The position numbers were made by a program, and so were the translations under genes. A model generated the notes under the pieces. The model saw only the letters and a list, made by a program, of their open reading frames with translations. It ran no database searches and was not told where the DNA came from. A stretch of 64,000 bases of DNA from the human T2T-CHM13v2.0 reference genome, Homo sapiens, in the NCBI RefSeq assembly GCF_009914755.1, contig NC_060936.1; one strand, 5' to 3'. How positions within the stretch are numbered: position 1 is the first letter of the stretch; each line of letters begins with the position of its first letter. This document shows positions 1 to 15,539 of the stretch, one piece after another.

Positions 1-23
1 GGCGTGCGCTACTGTGCCCAGCC

Positions 24-1440
24 ATTCATTCAGATTTATCCACATACTTATGGTTTCTATTGCTCTTTATATCTTTCTGTATCTCTGTATTTCTATATAG
101 AATCATTTTCCTTTTGCCTGGCAAAACCCCTCTAGATTTCCTTCATATTTGATCTGCAGATTCTGTTTATCTGTCCTCTCCTTTTGGGATTTCAATACAA
201 ACATTTCAGATTCCTTTACCAAATACCGTATGTCTCTCATGCTATTTTCTGTATTTTCCATCCTATTATTTTGTGTTTGAATCTGGCTATTTCTTCTGAA
301 CTATCAGTTTATCAATTCTCTCCTCAGCTATATCTAATCTTCTGATAAACCTATCCACTGACTTGTTAACTTCAGCTATCGTATTTTTCATTTCTAATAT
401 TTTCATTTGAGTATTTAAAGCTCTCTGTCAAAATTCCCTATTGTATTCAATTTTTGAAAATATTAATCACAGCTGTTTTTAAATCCATAATTGATAAGTC
501 TAATGTGGATTTCCTATGAGTCTAATTGTCTGGTTTTTTTCCTCCTGGTTTCAGTCATTTTTTGTCTTTCAAAATGCCTGGTTATTTTTTACCGTGTTCC
601 AGACATTATATTTAAAAAGCTATAGATATCCTCCTTTAGAGAACCTTAACATTTACTTGTGGCACACTTCTAAAATATGATCTAACACCATTAATCACTT
701 AAGTATTAAGCTGATTTCCCTATGGACTTTAGTGCTTGTATAGGATATTTTACTCACTCTATTCCTAGGATATTGCCTTTCAGGGGTTTCAACCAAAAGC
801 TGAAATAGTCCAGGGCTCCTCTTCCTTGTTAGTCTCTGAACTCCATTTTTTTCCCTTTCAGCCCAACACAACTGCTAAAAATTCTGCTCAGTCTCTCAGT
901 CACCATTGTAATTTTCAGAATTGACTTTTGCATTAAGGAAAAAACAGCATCAAATGTCAAGTTCGATTATCTTGGTTTTCCTTTTCTTCCAGATCTTAGC
1001 CCCACAAATTCTTACTATCTTTTTTTTGTTTGTTTTGGGATGGGGTCTCATTCTGTTGGCCAGGCCAGAGTGCAGTAGTGCGATCTTGGCTCACTGCAGC
1101 CTCCGCCTCCTGGGGTCAAGTGATTCTCCTGACTCAGCCTCCTGAGTAGCTGGGACTACAGGCACGTGCCACCAAACCTGACTAATTTTTGTATTTTTTT
1201 AAGTAGAGTTGGGGTTTCACCATGTTGGCCAGCCTGGTCTCAAACTCCTGACCTCAAGTGATCTCCCTACTTCGGCCTCCCAAAGTGCTGGAATTACAGG
1301 TGTGAGCCATCGTGTCCAGACAAATTCTTATTATCTGTGTAACTCTCTGATGGCTTCAAAGAGATTTTTAAAAAATATTTTCTCAGCTTTCCTATGTATT
1401 TTTAGTATACATACCTGGTGTTTGGTCTAGGACAACCAAA
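24..1440 (-). mobile_element. Old L1M fragment (interrupted by Alu)
   Basis: T-rich degenerate L1 ORF1/5'-region-like sequence. Confidence 0.6.
1021..1319 (-). mobile_element. AluS
   Basis: Full dimer; TSD CAAATTCTTA(C/T)TATCT on both sides. Confidence 0.95.
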
Positions 1441-1942
1441 TCAGCCACTTCCAGAAGTAGAAATGCCCAGTTTAACATGTATTTAGTTTGAAGTGCCTAT
1501 GAGACATCCAAGAGGACTTGTTAATTATAAAATGATGTACATAATTCTGGAATTTAAGCTAGACATCTGCAATAGTAGACATAAATTTGGGACTTACTGT
1601 AGAAATGGCCCTAATTGCTATAAAACTAGATATACAAGTGGAAGAACAGTTGGAAGGAAGAAAAACTAAGGCATTCAAGGAAGTAAGGAGATAAAGAAAA
1701 TGGAGTGGTTACAAAAGACAAAGTGGGGGAGACACAAGGGGAAAGTAAAAGCAAGAGAGCATCTTTCCATAAGAAAATAGGAATAATGGAAAGAGAAGAA
1801 GAAAAAGCTAGAAAAAATGGAAAGGTAGAGAGAAAAACAATGAGGAGGGCTGGGAAGAAAGATGGCAAGGGGAGGGAAGTTTGGAAGAAGGAAGGTAGGA
1901 TAGGCAGGTAGCACCAAAAAAGGAAGGGAGAGACAGAATAAG

Positions 1943-2358
1943 TGATATGATTTGGACATTGTGTCCCCTACAAAGCTCATGTTGAAATGTGACCTCCAGT
2001 ATTGGAGGTGGGCCTAGGGGGGAGCCATTTGGGTCACTGGGGCAGATACCTCATCAATGGGTTGGTGCTATCGTCATGATGCGTGAGTTTTCACTCTATT
2101 AGTTCATGTAAGATTTGGTTGTTTAAAAGACCCTGGCACCTCCTCCCCTCTCTCTTGCTCCCTCTCTTGTCATGTGATTCTCCTGCTTCCCTTTCACCTT
2201 CTGCCACAATTGTAAGTTTCCTGAGGCCCTCAACAGAAGCAAGTGTTAGCAGCAGCTTCCAGTATAGCCTACAGAAGTGTGTGCCAAAATATCTCTTTTC
2301 TTTATAAATTACCTAGTCTGAGATGTTCCCTCATAGCAGCACAAACAGAAATAACACA
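1943..2358 (+). mobile_element. MSTB-like solo LTR
   Basis: TGATATGATTTGG...GTTGAAATGTGACCTCCAGTATTGGAGGTGGGCC...TTTATAAATTACC...ACA. Confidence 0.85.
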
Positions 2359-3999
2359 AAAAGGAAGAAAGGCTGACAGAAAGGACAGACCTTTGTAAGA
2401 TGGATCTTTGTAAAGATGACAGAGACAGACTAACCAGCCTTGGAAGGACAGACTAACCAGTCTTAGAAAGGACAAATGGGTGTTTGGATGTCAATTATGA
2501 AAGAAGGAGGGGGCAGCATGAAAGAAAGGAAGAGTGGAATGGATGAGAAAGAGCAGGACAGAAAGATTCAGACACTTTGATAAGGAGACTTAACAGGAAG
2601 TGAGTATGAGAGCTCTAGAAAAAAGAAAATAATGAAAGAACAACAAAATAAATCCAATTAAGATAGCCACTAAATATGATGTGGTTTTCAAAAGAAAGGT
2701 GGAGAAACAGTTTAAAAATTTCAAACAAGAGGGTTATGAACCTGTCATGGACTGAAAACAAATTTCAATTACATGCGTTTACACATTTGAAAATAAAAAT
2801 GTTCCCTAACCATATAGCTGTTATGTAATTATATGAAAAACATGTGTTATGTAGAGAAAAAACAAACAAACAAACAGAAACAACAGAACTATTCTTAACT
2901 AATCCTGTGAGTCACATTATCTTATTTAGGTAAAAAGTTACATTTAGGCCTGTATTAATTTTTAAATATTCTTATAGTCCTACTGCTTTTATGTCCTTTT
3001 TATGGTAAAATATTAGTGACCAATAAAATGCAGAAAATTGTATCTGAAGCACTTTCATTCACTCATTCTTTCAATCAACATTTGGGTATTTTCTTGAGTT
3101 AAAAAAAATCAATAAAGCTTTAAAAATAGATAAATAAGAAGATACAGAATTCCCATCCTTGAAGCCTCCCAAATTTAATGAGAATAAGATATGGATATTA
3201 CCTATCAAACTGCATTATTAAAGTTCATGGCACAGAGGAGTCAATCTGTCAAGGAAGGTCCATAAAGTTTCACGAAGATAATCTTTGATATGGGCCTTTT
3301 AACTATCATAGCATTTCACTTTGTGACAGCAGCATAAAATGATCTGTAATAGAAGTATATATACCTTCTAGAGTTGAATTACACTAGCACAAGTCTATAT
3401 AACTTATGCCACCATGATTTCAAAAACCACATAGAGGTAATTGTAATCTAAGGCTCCTACTAATTTTTATCTATTTTTAAAGAACACTATATTGTGACTC
3501 CAAAGGGGAGGGAAAATCAGCAGAACATCTACTTGGGGACTTTAGGAGACTTATATAAAATTAAATAAAATCTGTTAAGCATTTGTAAAAGGCAAATTAG
3601 AACTATATATAATGATTTTCTGTAGTCTAAAAGAAATTTCCCTTCTCAAAAAAATTATTCAAAAATGCTGAAAATTATTCTGATTTTTCTGACCTATGAT
3701 ATAAATTGTAAACAACTATCCCAAGTTTGCACGAGGTTTTTCTAACGGTTACTTGGTAAGGATGATTTTTAAAGAGAAAGACAAGAAAAAGAAAATCAAG
3801 AAGGTCATAAAAGAACCTAGAATTCTATACCCAGTGTAAATAAGGATGGTATCTTCAGACAAACTTGGGAGAGTTTACCATTAGCAGCCTTTTACTATAG
3901 AGAATTCTAAAAAATCTAACGTAATTAGATTTGAGACTCTCCTAAAATGACAGTACCTCTTTACCACAAGGGCAGTCCCTTGAATAACACTTTATAATC

Positions 4000-4700
4000 A
4001 TTTATTTATTCAACAAATATTTATTGAGAACTTATGTACTAAAGACTGTACTAGATATTAGAAACACACCTGTGGTTTTTTAAAGTCAAACTTCCTACAA
4101 TTTGAAGCTAATATTCTAGAAGGAGAGGGAGTAAAGACAGAATAATACAAAAACAGTAAAGCAAACTGTTCAAATGGTAATAACTGAATAACATAAAGTT
4201 AAAGGGGAAACTGGGACTTCAGGGAATAAAGGAATGGAGACTGGTATTTTATATGAAACAAGTCAAGAAAATACTCACTGATAATAGAACATCTGTGCAG
4301 AAACCTGAAGGAAAGTTGGAGAGCAAGCAGTGCTGGTAAGGAAACATTTTGTGCAGAGGGAACAGCAGATGTACAACACAGGTGAAGAACATGCATGGCA
4401 CTTTAAAAAGAATACTCAAAAAACCAGTATGGCCACAGCACAGAGAGTGAAAGAGTGGCAAGAGATTATTAGGTTAGAAAGTTATCAAGTTCCAGTTCAC
4501 ATGACATCTTGTAGACTATGGTAAGGGCTCTGCCTTTTACTCTGAGATATAAGCCACTAGAGATTGATCCTACTTGTGATTATGAAGGATCACAATGAGC
4601 TGAAGAGGAAGAAGGAGAGAACCAGAGAATCTGAAGGGAAATTATTCGGTAGTTAATGTGGAAGCATGAGATGGTCCGAACTTGGATACATTTTGAAGGC
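4000..4700 (-). mobile_element. L2 fragment
   Basis: TTTATTCAACAAATATTTATTGAG L2 3' end signature followed by L2 body. Confidence 0.75.
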
Positions 4701-4941
4701 AGAGCCCATATAATTTAATCAACATGTTTAAAGTAAAAAAAGCAAGGAATAAGAAATGGCAGATTTGAAAAAGAACCAAAGAAAATCTCCATATATGAAA
4801 AATATAATAATTGAAATCCAAACTTAACAGATACAGTTAAAAATAACATTTATAGAATAGCTGATAAAAAGACATTTTTAAAAATGAAGTACAGAGAACC
4901 AAAGAGATGGAAAATATGAAGAAAATAAAAGAGTGCAGTAA

Positions 4942-5259
<318 letters not shown>

Positions 5260-7370
5260 CTACAAATGTATTTCCAAAAAGAGAAAATAAAGCAAGGCAA
5301 AGCAAGATCTGAAAAAGTAACAGCTGAAAAACTTTCAAAGCTGATGAAAGATAGCAACAGACAGGTTTCAAGGAGCACTGTAAATCCAAGAGAAGTAAAT
5401 ACAAAGAAACTCAGACGGAGATTCATCATCGAAAAACTTCAGAACATGTCAGAGAAAGAGAATATTTAAAATTAGACAAAAAGAAACAAGATATTACCCC
5501 CAAAAAAAGTATGAGTGGGAGTGGCAGCTGACTATAACTACATCCCCAACAGGCTCAGAGAAAATCACTGTCAACCTAGAATTCTATATCCAGTGTAAAC
5601 AAGGCCAGTATCTTCAAACAAACCTAAGAGAGTTTACCATCACCAGTCTTTTTCTATAGAGAATTCTAAAAGATACATCTGAGATAAAAGAAAAATGTTC
5701 CCCAATGGAAGAGCTGAGATGCTAGGAAGAATAAAGAACATTGTAAATAGTAGATATGTGGGTAAATGAATACTGGCCTTATAAAACAAGAATAATATAT
5801 TTTGGTTTTTAAAAACAAAAACAGAGAAATGACCAGAATTAGAATATATAAATCAGAAGAAAGGTAATTAGAGTTTGCGTTTCAAGGGCCTTGAATTATC
5901 TAATAAATAGACAAAATTATTGATTAACTTTAGACATTAACCAATGTGCTTCTGGTAATTTCTAGAGTAAACACTAAAAGAATAGCTAAAATAATGTGTA
6001 ATTATTTTATTAATTAATAAATTTATTAAGTCTGATAAATTAATAAATCTAGTTATTAGAAAGAAATTAATGAAATTTAAAACAACAGAATTTAAAAGAA
6101 TATTAAAAAATAGAACAGGAAGGACAAAAAGAAAACACAAAATAATATGACAATAAATCCAAATACTTTGGTAATTATAACAAATGTAAACAGACTAACG
6201 AAAGGCTTCAATTAATTAAAAACTATCAGACTAAATAAACAAAAGTTAATATATGCTATTTACAAGAGACATCTAAAAGACTCCAGAAAGTTTGAAAAAA
6301 AAAAAAAGGGATACAAAAAAGTTGACTATAAACATACCAAAGAAAGCTGCCATAGCTATATTAATTATAAACATAATGAACTGTAAAGAAATATACTATA
6401 AAGTCACGTTCATAATGACTTTAACCAGGTTAATAATCATCTAAATATATACATATTTTACACATTTCTCCACACCTCGTAATGATAAGAACAAAAGCCT
6501 TCACTTCACCAGGAGAACATATATTTAATTTTAGCATTTCAAATTGTATAAAGTAAAAATGACAGAGCTTCAAATAAAGACAGATCTATGATTAAACTGT
6601 GGGGATTTTAACATTCTTCTGATAATAATTGAGATAAGCAGACCAAAAATGAGTACAGAAGATTTGGACAACTTATTAACAACCTTGACCTAATGGAAAA
6701 ACAAAGAATATCCCGTCTAATAACAATGAAGACAGCAGTATACACATGGAACATTTTTAAAAATTCAGCATATATTGGACCATTTAAAAAAAAGTCTATA
6801 TAAATTTCAAAGAACTGAAATTATTTACAGCATAGTCTCTGACCTTGACGTATTTATGCTAAAAATTAATACTGAAAAGACAATTAGAAAACTTTGCATG
6901 TTTGGAATATAATAAATATTATAAGTAACAAAGGATATAATTCTAAATAATTCACAGACCAAAGAAAAAAATCATAACAAAATTTAGAAAATATTTTGAA
7001 CTGAATAATGAAAATACCACATTAAAGAGAATGTGGAATAAAACTACAGTAGCAATTAGAGGGATATTTACACACCTAAATAATTGTATCAGATAAAAAG
7101 GAAAGGCTAAAAATAGCCTAAGAATTCAGCCTATTAAATTGAATAGGCTAAATAGGGTATTCAATAGGCTAACTCCATTTCAATAAGTTAGCGTAAAAAA
7201 AAGCAGAACAAAGAAATAAAATTAACACATTCTGAAATAAAAAACAAACCTACCATAGTGAAGGCAAATAAAGTTGGTTGTCTGAAAAGACAATAAAACT
7301 AACCAACCTCTGATGAAATGTATCAGGACAAAAGGTAGGAGACACAAATAAGCAATATCAAAAATGAAAA

Positions 7371-7480
7371 GGTTTGGGTGTAATTGCTCACACCTGTAAT
7401 CCCAGCACTTTGGGAGACTGAGGCAGGAGAATGGCTTGAGTGTAGGAGACAGAGCAAGACCCTGTCTCAAAAAAAAAAAG
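7371..7480 (+). mobile_element. Internally deleted Alu
   Basis: Left-arm start joined to right-arm pieces and A tail. Confidence 0.85.
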
Positions 7481-8111
7481 AATGAAAGAAAAGGGCAAAA
7501 TAACCATAGATACTACATATATTTATATCAAACAAGAATAAAGCTAAATGGGTTTCAATTTCAAGTAACAGCTTAGGTTATTTAGATCAATCTAATTGGT
7601 CTAAACAAACAAAAATACTGGTTAAGATATATAAAATATCTCCCTAAAGAGTTGGCAAGACAATAAGGAATTCCCAAACCAAAAGCTAAGTCGAACATAT
7701 AATTAGTTTTTGCCCTAAGAACATTTGCTAATAATCCCAGAGAACCTTAATAGTGGTTTTGACAGCCTCACGGTACAAGGACAGAAATTAAAGCCTAGAA
7801 CCAGCTCAAGACAGAGAGTCTAAGATACTCCAAAACATTAAGCCAAGATGCCAAAAGGCTAGACATCGTTAGGGAAGACGTGAACCAGAAACAAAATCCT
7901 CCTCCACACCTTTTGTGAGGTTGCCTTGGCACTCAGCAGAAAAAGATGGAAAATATAAATAAAAAGTAAAGAATTTATAGGCTGTAAGCACTGGCCAGCC
8001 CTTAGGTGGATTTTCATCAGAGGGGCACAAGAAATCTCAAACAATAAATTTAAAGTGCCCTGCAGTGGTAATGACTCTAATGCCATTAAGAAGTAAGTTC
8101 AAATTCTAGAG

Positions 8112-8324
8112 CAAGCTTGCCCAACCTGTGGCCTGCGGGCTGCATGTGGCCCAGGTCAGCTTTGAATGTGGCCCAACACAATTTTGTAAACTTTCTCAAA
8201 ACATTATGAGATTTAAGCACAGACTTTTTTTTTTTTAAGCTCATCAGCTATCATTAATGTTAGTATATTTTATGTGTAGCCTATGACAATTCTTCCAATG
8301 TGGCCCAGGGAAGCCAAAAGATTG
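8112..8324 (+). mobile_element. MER30 hAT-Charlie DNA transposon inside old L1
   Basis: Typical body (TTTGAATGTGGCCCAACACA...GGCCCAGGGAAGCCAAAAGATTG) with 8-bp TSD TTCTAGAG (8104-8111; 8325-8332). Confidence 0.85.
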
Positions 8325-9227
8325 TTCTAGAGGAAGACAACCTTATAAAAGGCCTCAGGAAGTTCCCACAAATAATCTTTCAAAAAATGAGAAAAATCTT
8401 CAAAGCAGCTAGAGGATAGGAGTAGATGACAAATTACATTCAAAGGAGAAACAGTTTCCAACAGCAATAAAGGTAACCAGAAGACAACAGAATATTTTCA
8501 ATAAACTGGTAACAAACCCAGAAACCTAAAATTCTATATTCATGAAGATATCTTTCAAGAATTAAGACAAACATATAGACATTTTGATAAAAGATAAAAG
8601 AGTTTGTCTCCAAAAGATGTCACTAAAAAAAATTCTAAATGATATATTTTAGGCAGAAGTAAAGTGATTACAGATGATTGTCTAGTATGTAAGAAATATG
8701 TAAAGCTATCATGTAACAATAAAAAAAAGAAAAAATTAAGAGAAAATGAAGTCACTGCATTAGATGCCTCCTAAGTACTTACAATACAGAAGAGCAAATA
8801 GTTACATAAGCACCATAATATACTGCAGTAAGTATTGTACAATACTTAGTCATACTTTTGTTAACAAGATTGAAAAATCTACACTGACTAAACAATGAAA
8901 ATGGTATAAAGAAAGCCCAATAAATGCCAAGTAGAAAGATTTATGGAGTGCCTGTCACTTAATAGGCATAAATAATAATCAGCAAATAATGGGTTGGCAA
9001 ATCAGGAGGCAATATGGCACAGGAATTTAAAAAGAAAGCCCTGCCTACCCACTCGTGAATGAGTAAAACGAGCGGAATCTAACATCAGGAGTGAGGGAAT
9101 AGAAGAATGCCTCTTTCTTTCTCTCCAAAGTTTTCTCACAAACCCACATTTCAAAGATGAGAGGACTGGCATATAATTGAGTAAAACTGCAAAAACAAAC
9201 AAAAGCCTTTAAGAAAAGTTTCAGCTT

Positions 9228-9720
9228 AGCTGGGCGTGGTGGTATGTGCCTGTACTCCTAGCTACTTGGGAGGCTGAGGTGGGAGGATCACCTGAGTCCA
9301 GGAGCTGGGGGCCACAGTGGACTATCATCATGCCACTGTACTCCAGCCTGGGTGACAGAGCAAGAGCCTGTCTCTATAAGAATGAATAAATAAATGAAAA
9401 AATAAGAATGAGTTAATTAAGGTTAGGACTGGTGGCTCACACCTGTAACTGCAACACTTTGGAAGGCTGAGTCAAGAGAACTGATTGAGGCCAGGAGTTC
9501 AAGACCAGCCTGGGCAACAAAGTGAGACGCCGTCTCTCCAAAAAAACAACAAAAAAAATTAGCTGGGCATGGTGGCATGTGCCTGTGGTCCCAGTTACTC
9601 AGGAGGCTGAGGCCACTTGAGCCCAGGAGTTTGAGGCTGTAGTAAGCCATGATCACACCACTGCACTCCAGCCTGGGCAACAGAGCAAGGCCCTGTCTCA
9701 AAAATAAAAAAACAAACAAA
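9228..9720 (+). mobile_element. Alu right monomer (9228 to about 9385) plus AluJ (about 9420-9720)
   Basis: Alu consensus matches. Confidence 0.9.
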
Positions 9721-10904
9721 TATATAAAGTGTCAGGAATATTCAAACTGAAGTTTAAAAAAAAGTTAAAGATGAGAATATAACTCCTTTTAAAATTCATG
9801 CTCATGGCAAGAAAATTAACAAAGAGAATACAAGCCTATAACTCAGAATAATATAATATTAATAAATGACAGAGAGAATGCAGAACGTCCTCTTCCACTA
9901 GCACCTGGTAAATACATACACACAGACACAGATGCACACACACACACTCACACGCTTCAATAAGAAACTTTAAATAGGAGTGTACAAACCTAAAGAGAGA
10001 ACAAAAGTCCAAGATAAACCTCTTGGCAAGAGTAACAGAACACCACAGACACAATGAATGAGCTCAAGTTGAGAAAATAGTTACAGGACTGGAGATGAAA
10101 AAACAAGTTGGATTTTTAAAGGTGGCTATCAGTGGGGAAAATTCCTTACAAGCCAGTAAGTGTGCTTACTTTCCTCAGGAAGGTAACATAAAGGGTTATT
10201 AAACAAAGTTTAGAAGTACTTAGAAAACAGAGCTTGTTCTAAAATAAAAAACTGAATTACTAATAAGGTCATGTCAAGATAACCTCTTTTCACTTTCTGA
10301 TTATTAGACTGGCAATAACATATGACAATAGTATATGGCAAAGTAAATGATGCTTTTTGCGAAGACAGAAAATTCTGAATGTTGATAAGATTTTTAACTG
10401 GATGAATTGTAGCCAATAAAGTATTGTTGAATGAATAAATTCTAACCTGGAATAAGGATTCTAATACCAATGAGCCTATCATGAGGCTTTCTGTACCCAT
10501 ACAGCTCTTGATGATTTCATAATTATTTTCAATTATACAAAAAAGCTAAAAGGATTTGGAATCTAATCAATCACGTTTTATATTAAGACACTGTAAGCAC
10601 AGATATGGCCTAGGGCAAGTGGTTTAATCTCACTGGACCTATTTCCTCATCTAATAAGTGGACGAAATCAGTGACATTCAAACTTTCTGGCAGTCCCTCA
10701 TATTAATAGTAAGAAAAATGATCCAGTGCAACTAACATGTATGTGTTTGGTGTATGTAACTAAAACAAAAGTTTCATAAAACAGAATGCTCTTATGACAT
10801 AATGTGCCTAATATTTTCTAGTCTATTTCATTATTTTTAATGTAAGTTACAACCCCCCAAATTGATATCATAACCAAAAATGGGACATGAATAGAGATTT
10901 TGTT

Positions 10905-11193
<289 letters not shown>

Positions 11194-11830
11194 ATCATGA
11201 ATACAGGTTTGAAAAAATAATGGACAAGACTTCTAAAGTCATCTATATACAGCTGTACAATTTAATAAATAGTTCTCCAATTTAGATATCAAACAAAATC
11301 CATGATATCCAACCAGTAGATGATGTATACTATATCAACATAAATAGTAATGATGATCTCACAGTGACAGAACTCAGAATTATACCAAACAACTGAACAC
11401 TGGGTTGAAAACAAAATGAATCTACACAGGTAAGGCTCTGCATTTAGGTTCAGAAATCCTCTCAACAGAGCCTGGCAGCAGGTGAAATGAACAAGACCTG
11501 CAGGCTTTAGTTAACTTCAAGCCTATTATGTGATCTCAGTGTAATTCACCAATTTATTGTTATCTATAAATAATACTGTTTTTAATAAATATGTGTGATA
11601 TAAATAAATATTTTGGTACTATGCAGATCAAAGGTAATCTGAGATCAAATTTAATCTGGATCAGAGTGATCAGTTGTAGTCCCCATCCATGTAACATAAA
11701 AGAACAAAATATTGATATTATATGCGTTGATATTAATATACATTTTACTGAGTATAATTTCCCCAATATAGTATGCTAAGTATTTTTCTTTATCTCATTT
11801 AATACTCAAACAATTCTATGAGATATGTGG

Positions 11831-12192
11831 TGCTATAGTTTGAATGTGTCCCCCAAAAAGCACATGTTAGAAACTTAATCCCCAATGCAACAACGTTCAG
11901 AAGTGGGACCTTTAAGATGTGATGAGGCCAGGAGGGCTCTATTTCATTAATGCCATTATCACAGAAGTGGGTTCTTCATCTAAGGACAAGTTCAGCCTCC
12001 TATTGCTCTCTCTCTCTTGTCCTCTCTTTGCTCTTCTGCCATGGGATGATGGGGCAAGAAGGTCCTATCAAATGCCAGCCCCTTCATCTTGGGACTTCCC
12101 AGCCTCCAAACCCATAAGCAATATATTTTTGTTCATTAAAAATTACCCAGTCTTTGGTACTGTGTTATAGCAGCACACAACAGACTAAGATA
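11831..12192 (+). mobile_element. MSTC/MSTD-like solo LTR
   Basis: TGCTATAGTTTGAATGTGTCCCC...TGTTATAGCAGCACACAACAGACTAAGATA. Confidence 0.8.
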
Positions 12193-12352
12193 GTATTATC
12201 TCCATTTAAAAATAAAGAAACAATCTTAGAAAAGTTAAATATCCTACCCAGGTCACACATGTTGTTAGTGGGTAAATGCTCAAATCAGGAACTGAACGCA
12301 GGTCTTTCTGAAGAGAAACTATGACCTTTTAACTCTTTTTTAAAAAAATTTG

Positions 12353-12692
<340 letters not shown>

Positions 12693-13020
12693 TTATTAAA
12701 CTCCTATTTCTTATCAAACTTTTATTAAAAAGTTCATTAAAGGATCTATGGCTATAACAACTATTTAACATATATGTGGACCACTAAATTCAGGTAAATT
12801 AATAGAAAATATATTAAAATGTTTAATAAAATGTAAACATATTTTAATTAATAATAACAATGATCGTTTTCTACCACAATATTTTACCAGTGTCTCTTTA
12901 CCTTATTAGTGATGGCTCACTACTATAAGCACTCAGAAGTTAATTCAGTGAACCCTAAAAAAGCTGACAGCCAAATGCTTCAATTCAGGAAATAGTAATA
13001 AACTGATTCCTAATACAGTC

Positions 13021-13326
<306 letters not shown>

Positions 13327-13528
13327 CTAATACATTCTTTAGTTGCATTTGGACTTGGAAAATATTTCTTCAAATCCTATTTCAATGCACAAAAATACAC
13401 ATTTTTCTTACCATATCCACTAGCATATCATTAATTTCTTTCTCTAAACAAGTGATCAAAATTATCCAATGCTGGGAAGGAGTTAAACTTCACCATCACA
13501 GTTCAATCTTTAGAAATCCTATTATCTA

Positions 13529-13786
<258 letters not shown>

Positions 13787-15233
13787 TCACAGAAGTAACT
13801 TTTTATTGACATCGTATTATGAATAAATGTTTTCATCTCATCCTATATTTCAAAAACTTACATGAGCACCTTTTGTTTTTATAATATACTTCAGAAATGG
13901 AAACCAAAGCCTTGACTCAAGATATTTTCAGGAAGATGAAACAATTTTCACTTGATTATTATAGTTTTAATTATATTCATAATTTGTATTACATTCAACA
14001 ATTAATCATGATTAGGAAGCAAAATGTTGACTACCAACTCTTTTTTCTGAATAAAACAATGTCAGCAATTACATTACAGTACAAGTTATTTTATTCTACT
14101 ATCACTTAAAACTTAGTTTTTCCTTGATGCTCAAAGCTAGTACTGTGTCAGCGCTGACATAATATATATTTTCCAGTCTAAAAAAAGTCACAAAAGAATC
14201 ATTAAACTAAGAATTTCTTCTCCTGGTTTTTCTGTGATAAAATAGTAAGTTATCTTGCAGATCTCCCTCATACATACACCATAGAAGTACAAATACCTCA
14301 TTTCTACAATGCACACTGGGAGTTGCATTCAAACAAAAGGAAATATATATTCAAGCCAGTATTTAACAGTACTGACTCTTTTACATTGTATACCATGAAT
14401 ACAGGATTATCCATAACGTCATACGATAAAAGAATATTGTCAAATAGCTTATTCTGCCTCTTCTTCCAGAACAGTCCAGTCAATAGCTTCATAAGTGAAT
14501 TTCAGTCTTTTTGGCAAATATTTCCCTACTTCCTAAAACATTCATTAATGATTAAGTTTTTCTCAATTTAAAACTTGACTATCATTTGCTTCTCTGACAT
14601 TTGCTATACTAGGATACTGTGTATATAAGGTAGTATTTGATTTTATACAAAACTTTATTTATTTTTAAGTTAAAAATATGTATTTCATGGTGTTCTCTTT
14701 ATTTCCCAGTTTGTGAACTCAATTTTAGAAACAAAACTGTGCCAGCAGTGAGGAAGATCTTGGATTAAGAAGACTCAAGACACCATTTTGGAGTCTTAAT
14801 ATTCTAAGCAAGAAATGCAGTGTACACAAATGGAACAGACTTAAAGCTGTTTTAGAGGTGGAAACCAATAGGATTTTTACATCCAAGAAGAGGAGGAAAC
14901 TTCAAAAATGGCACTAAGTTTCTAGCTTAGGAGCTGAGAGGATACGCTATTAATTAAGAAATAAATTTGGTTTTAAATATTCTTGGTTGAGTTGTCAATT
15001 ACCTGACAAATAGATAAAAAGGACTGGAACTCAGGAGAATTAGGGATTTCTAATATATGAGTTCTTTTGCTTTTGTTTCCCTGCCTCACCACTTAAAGCT
15101 ATGTTTGGGGCAAGTTTTTCAATGCTGACATGGAGATTAAAGGGAAAGAAAATGCAACAGGCTAGGGGGCAAATATGTTACAGGGTAATCTAGGCCATGT
15201 GGTAAATGCAATATATAACCCAGCTGGGTCATA

Positions 15234-15539
<306 letters not shown>

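Noticed and set aside
1163-1168. CACGTG E-box
   Set aside because: Common Alu variant position; no other support.
14304-14571. ORFs in unique intronic DNA as hidden exon or pseudogene
   Set aside because: No similarity to CRY1 exon 2 or any protein I recognise; no convincing splice pair.
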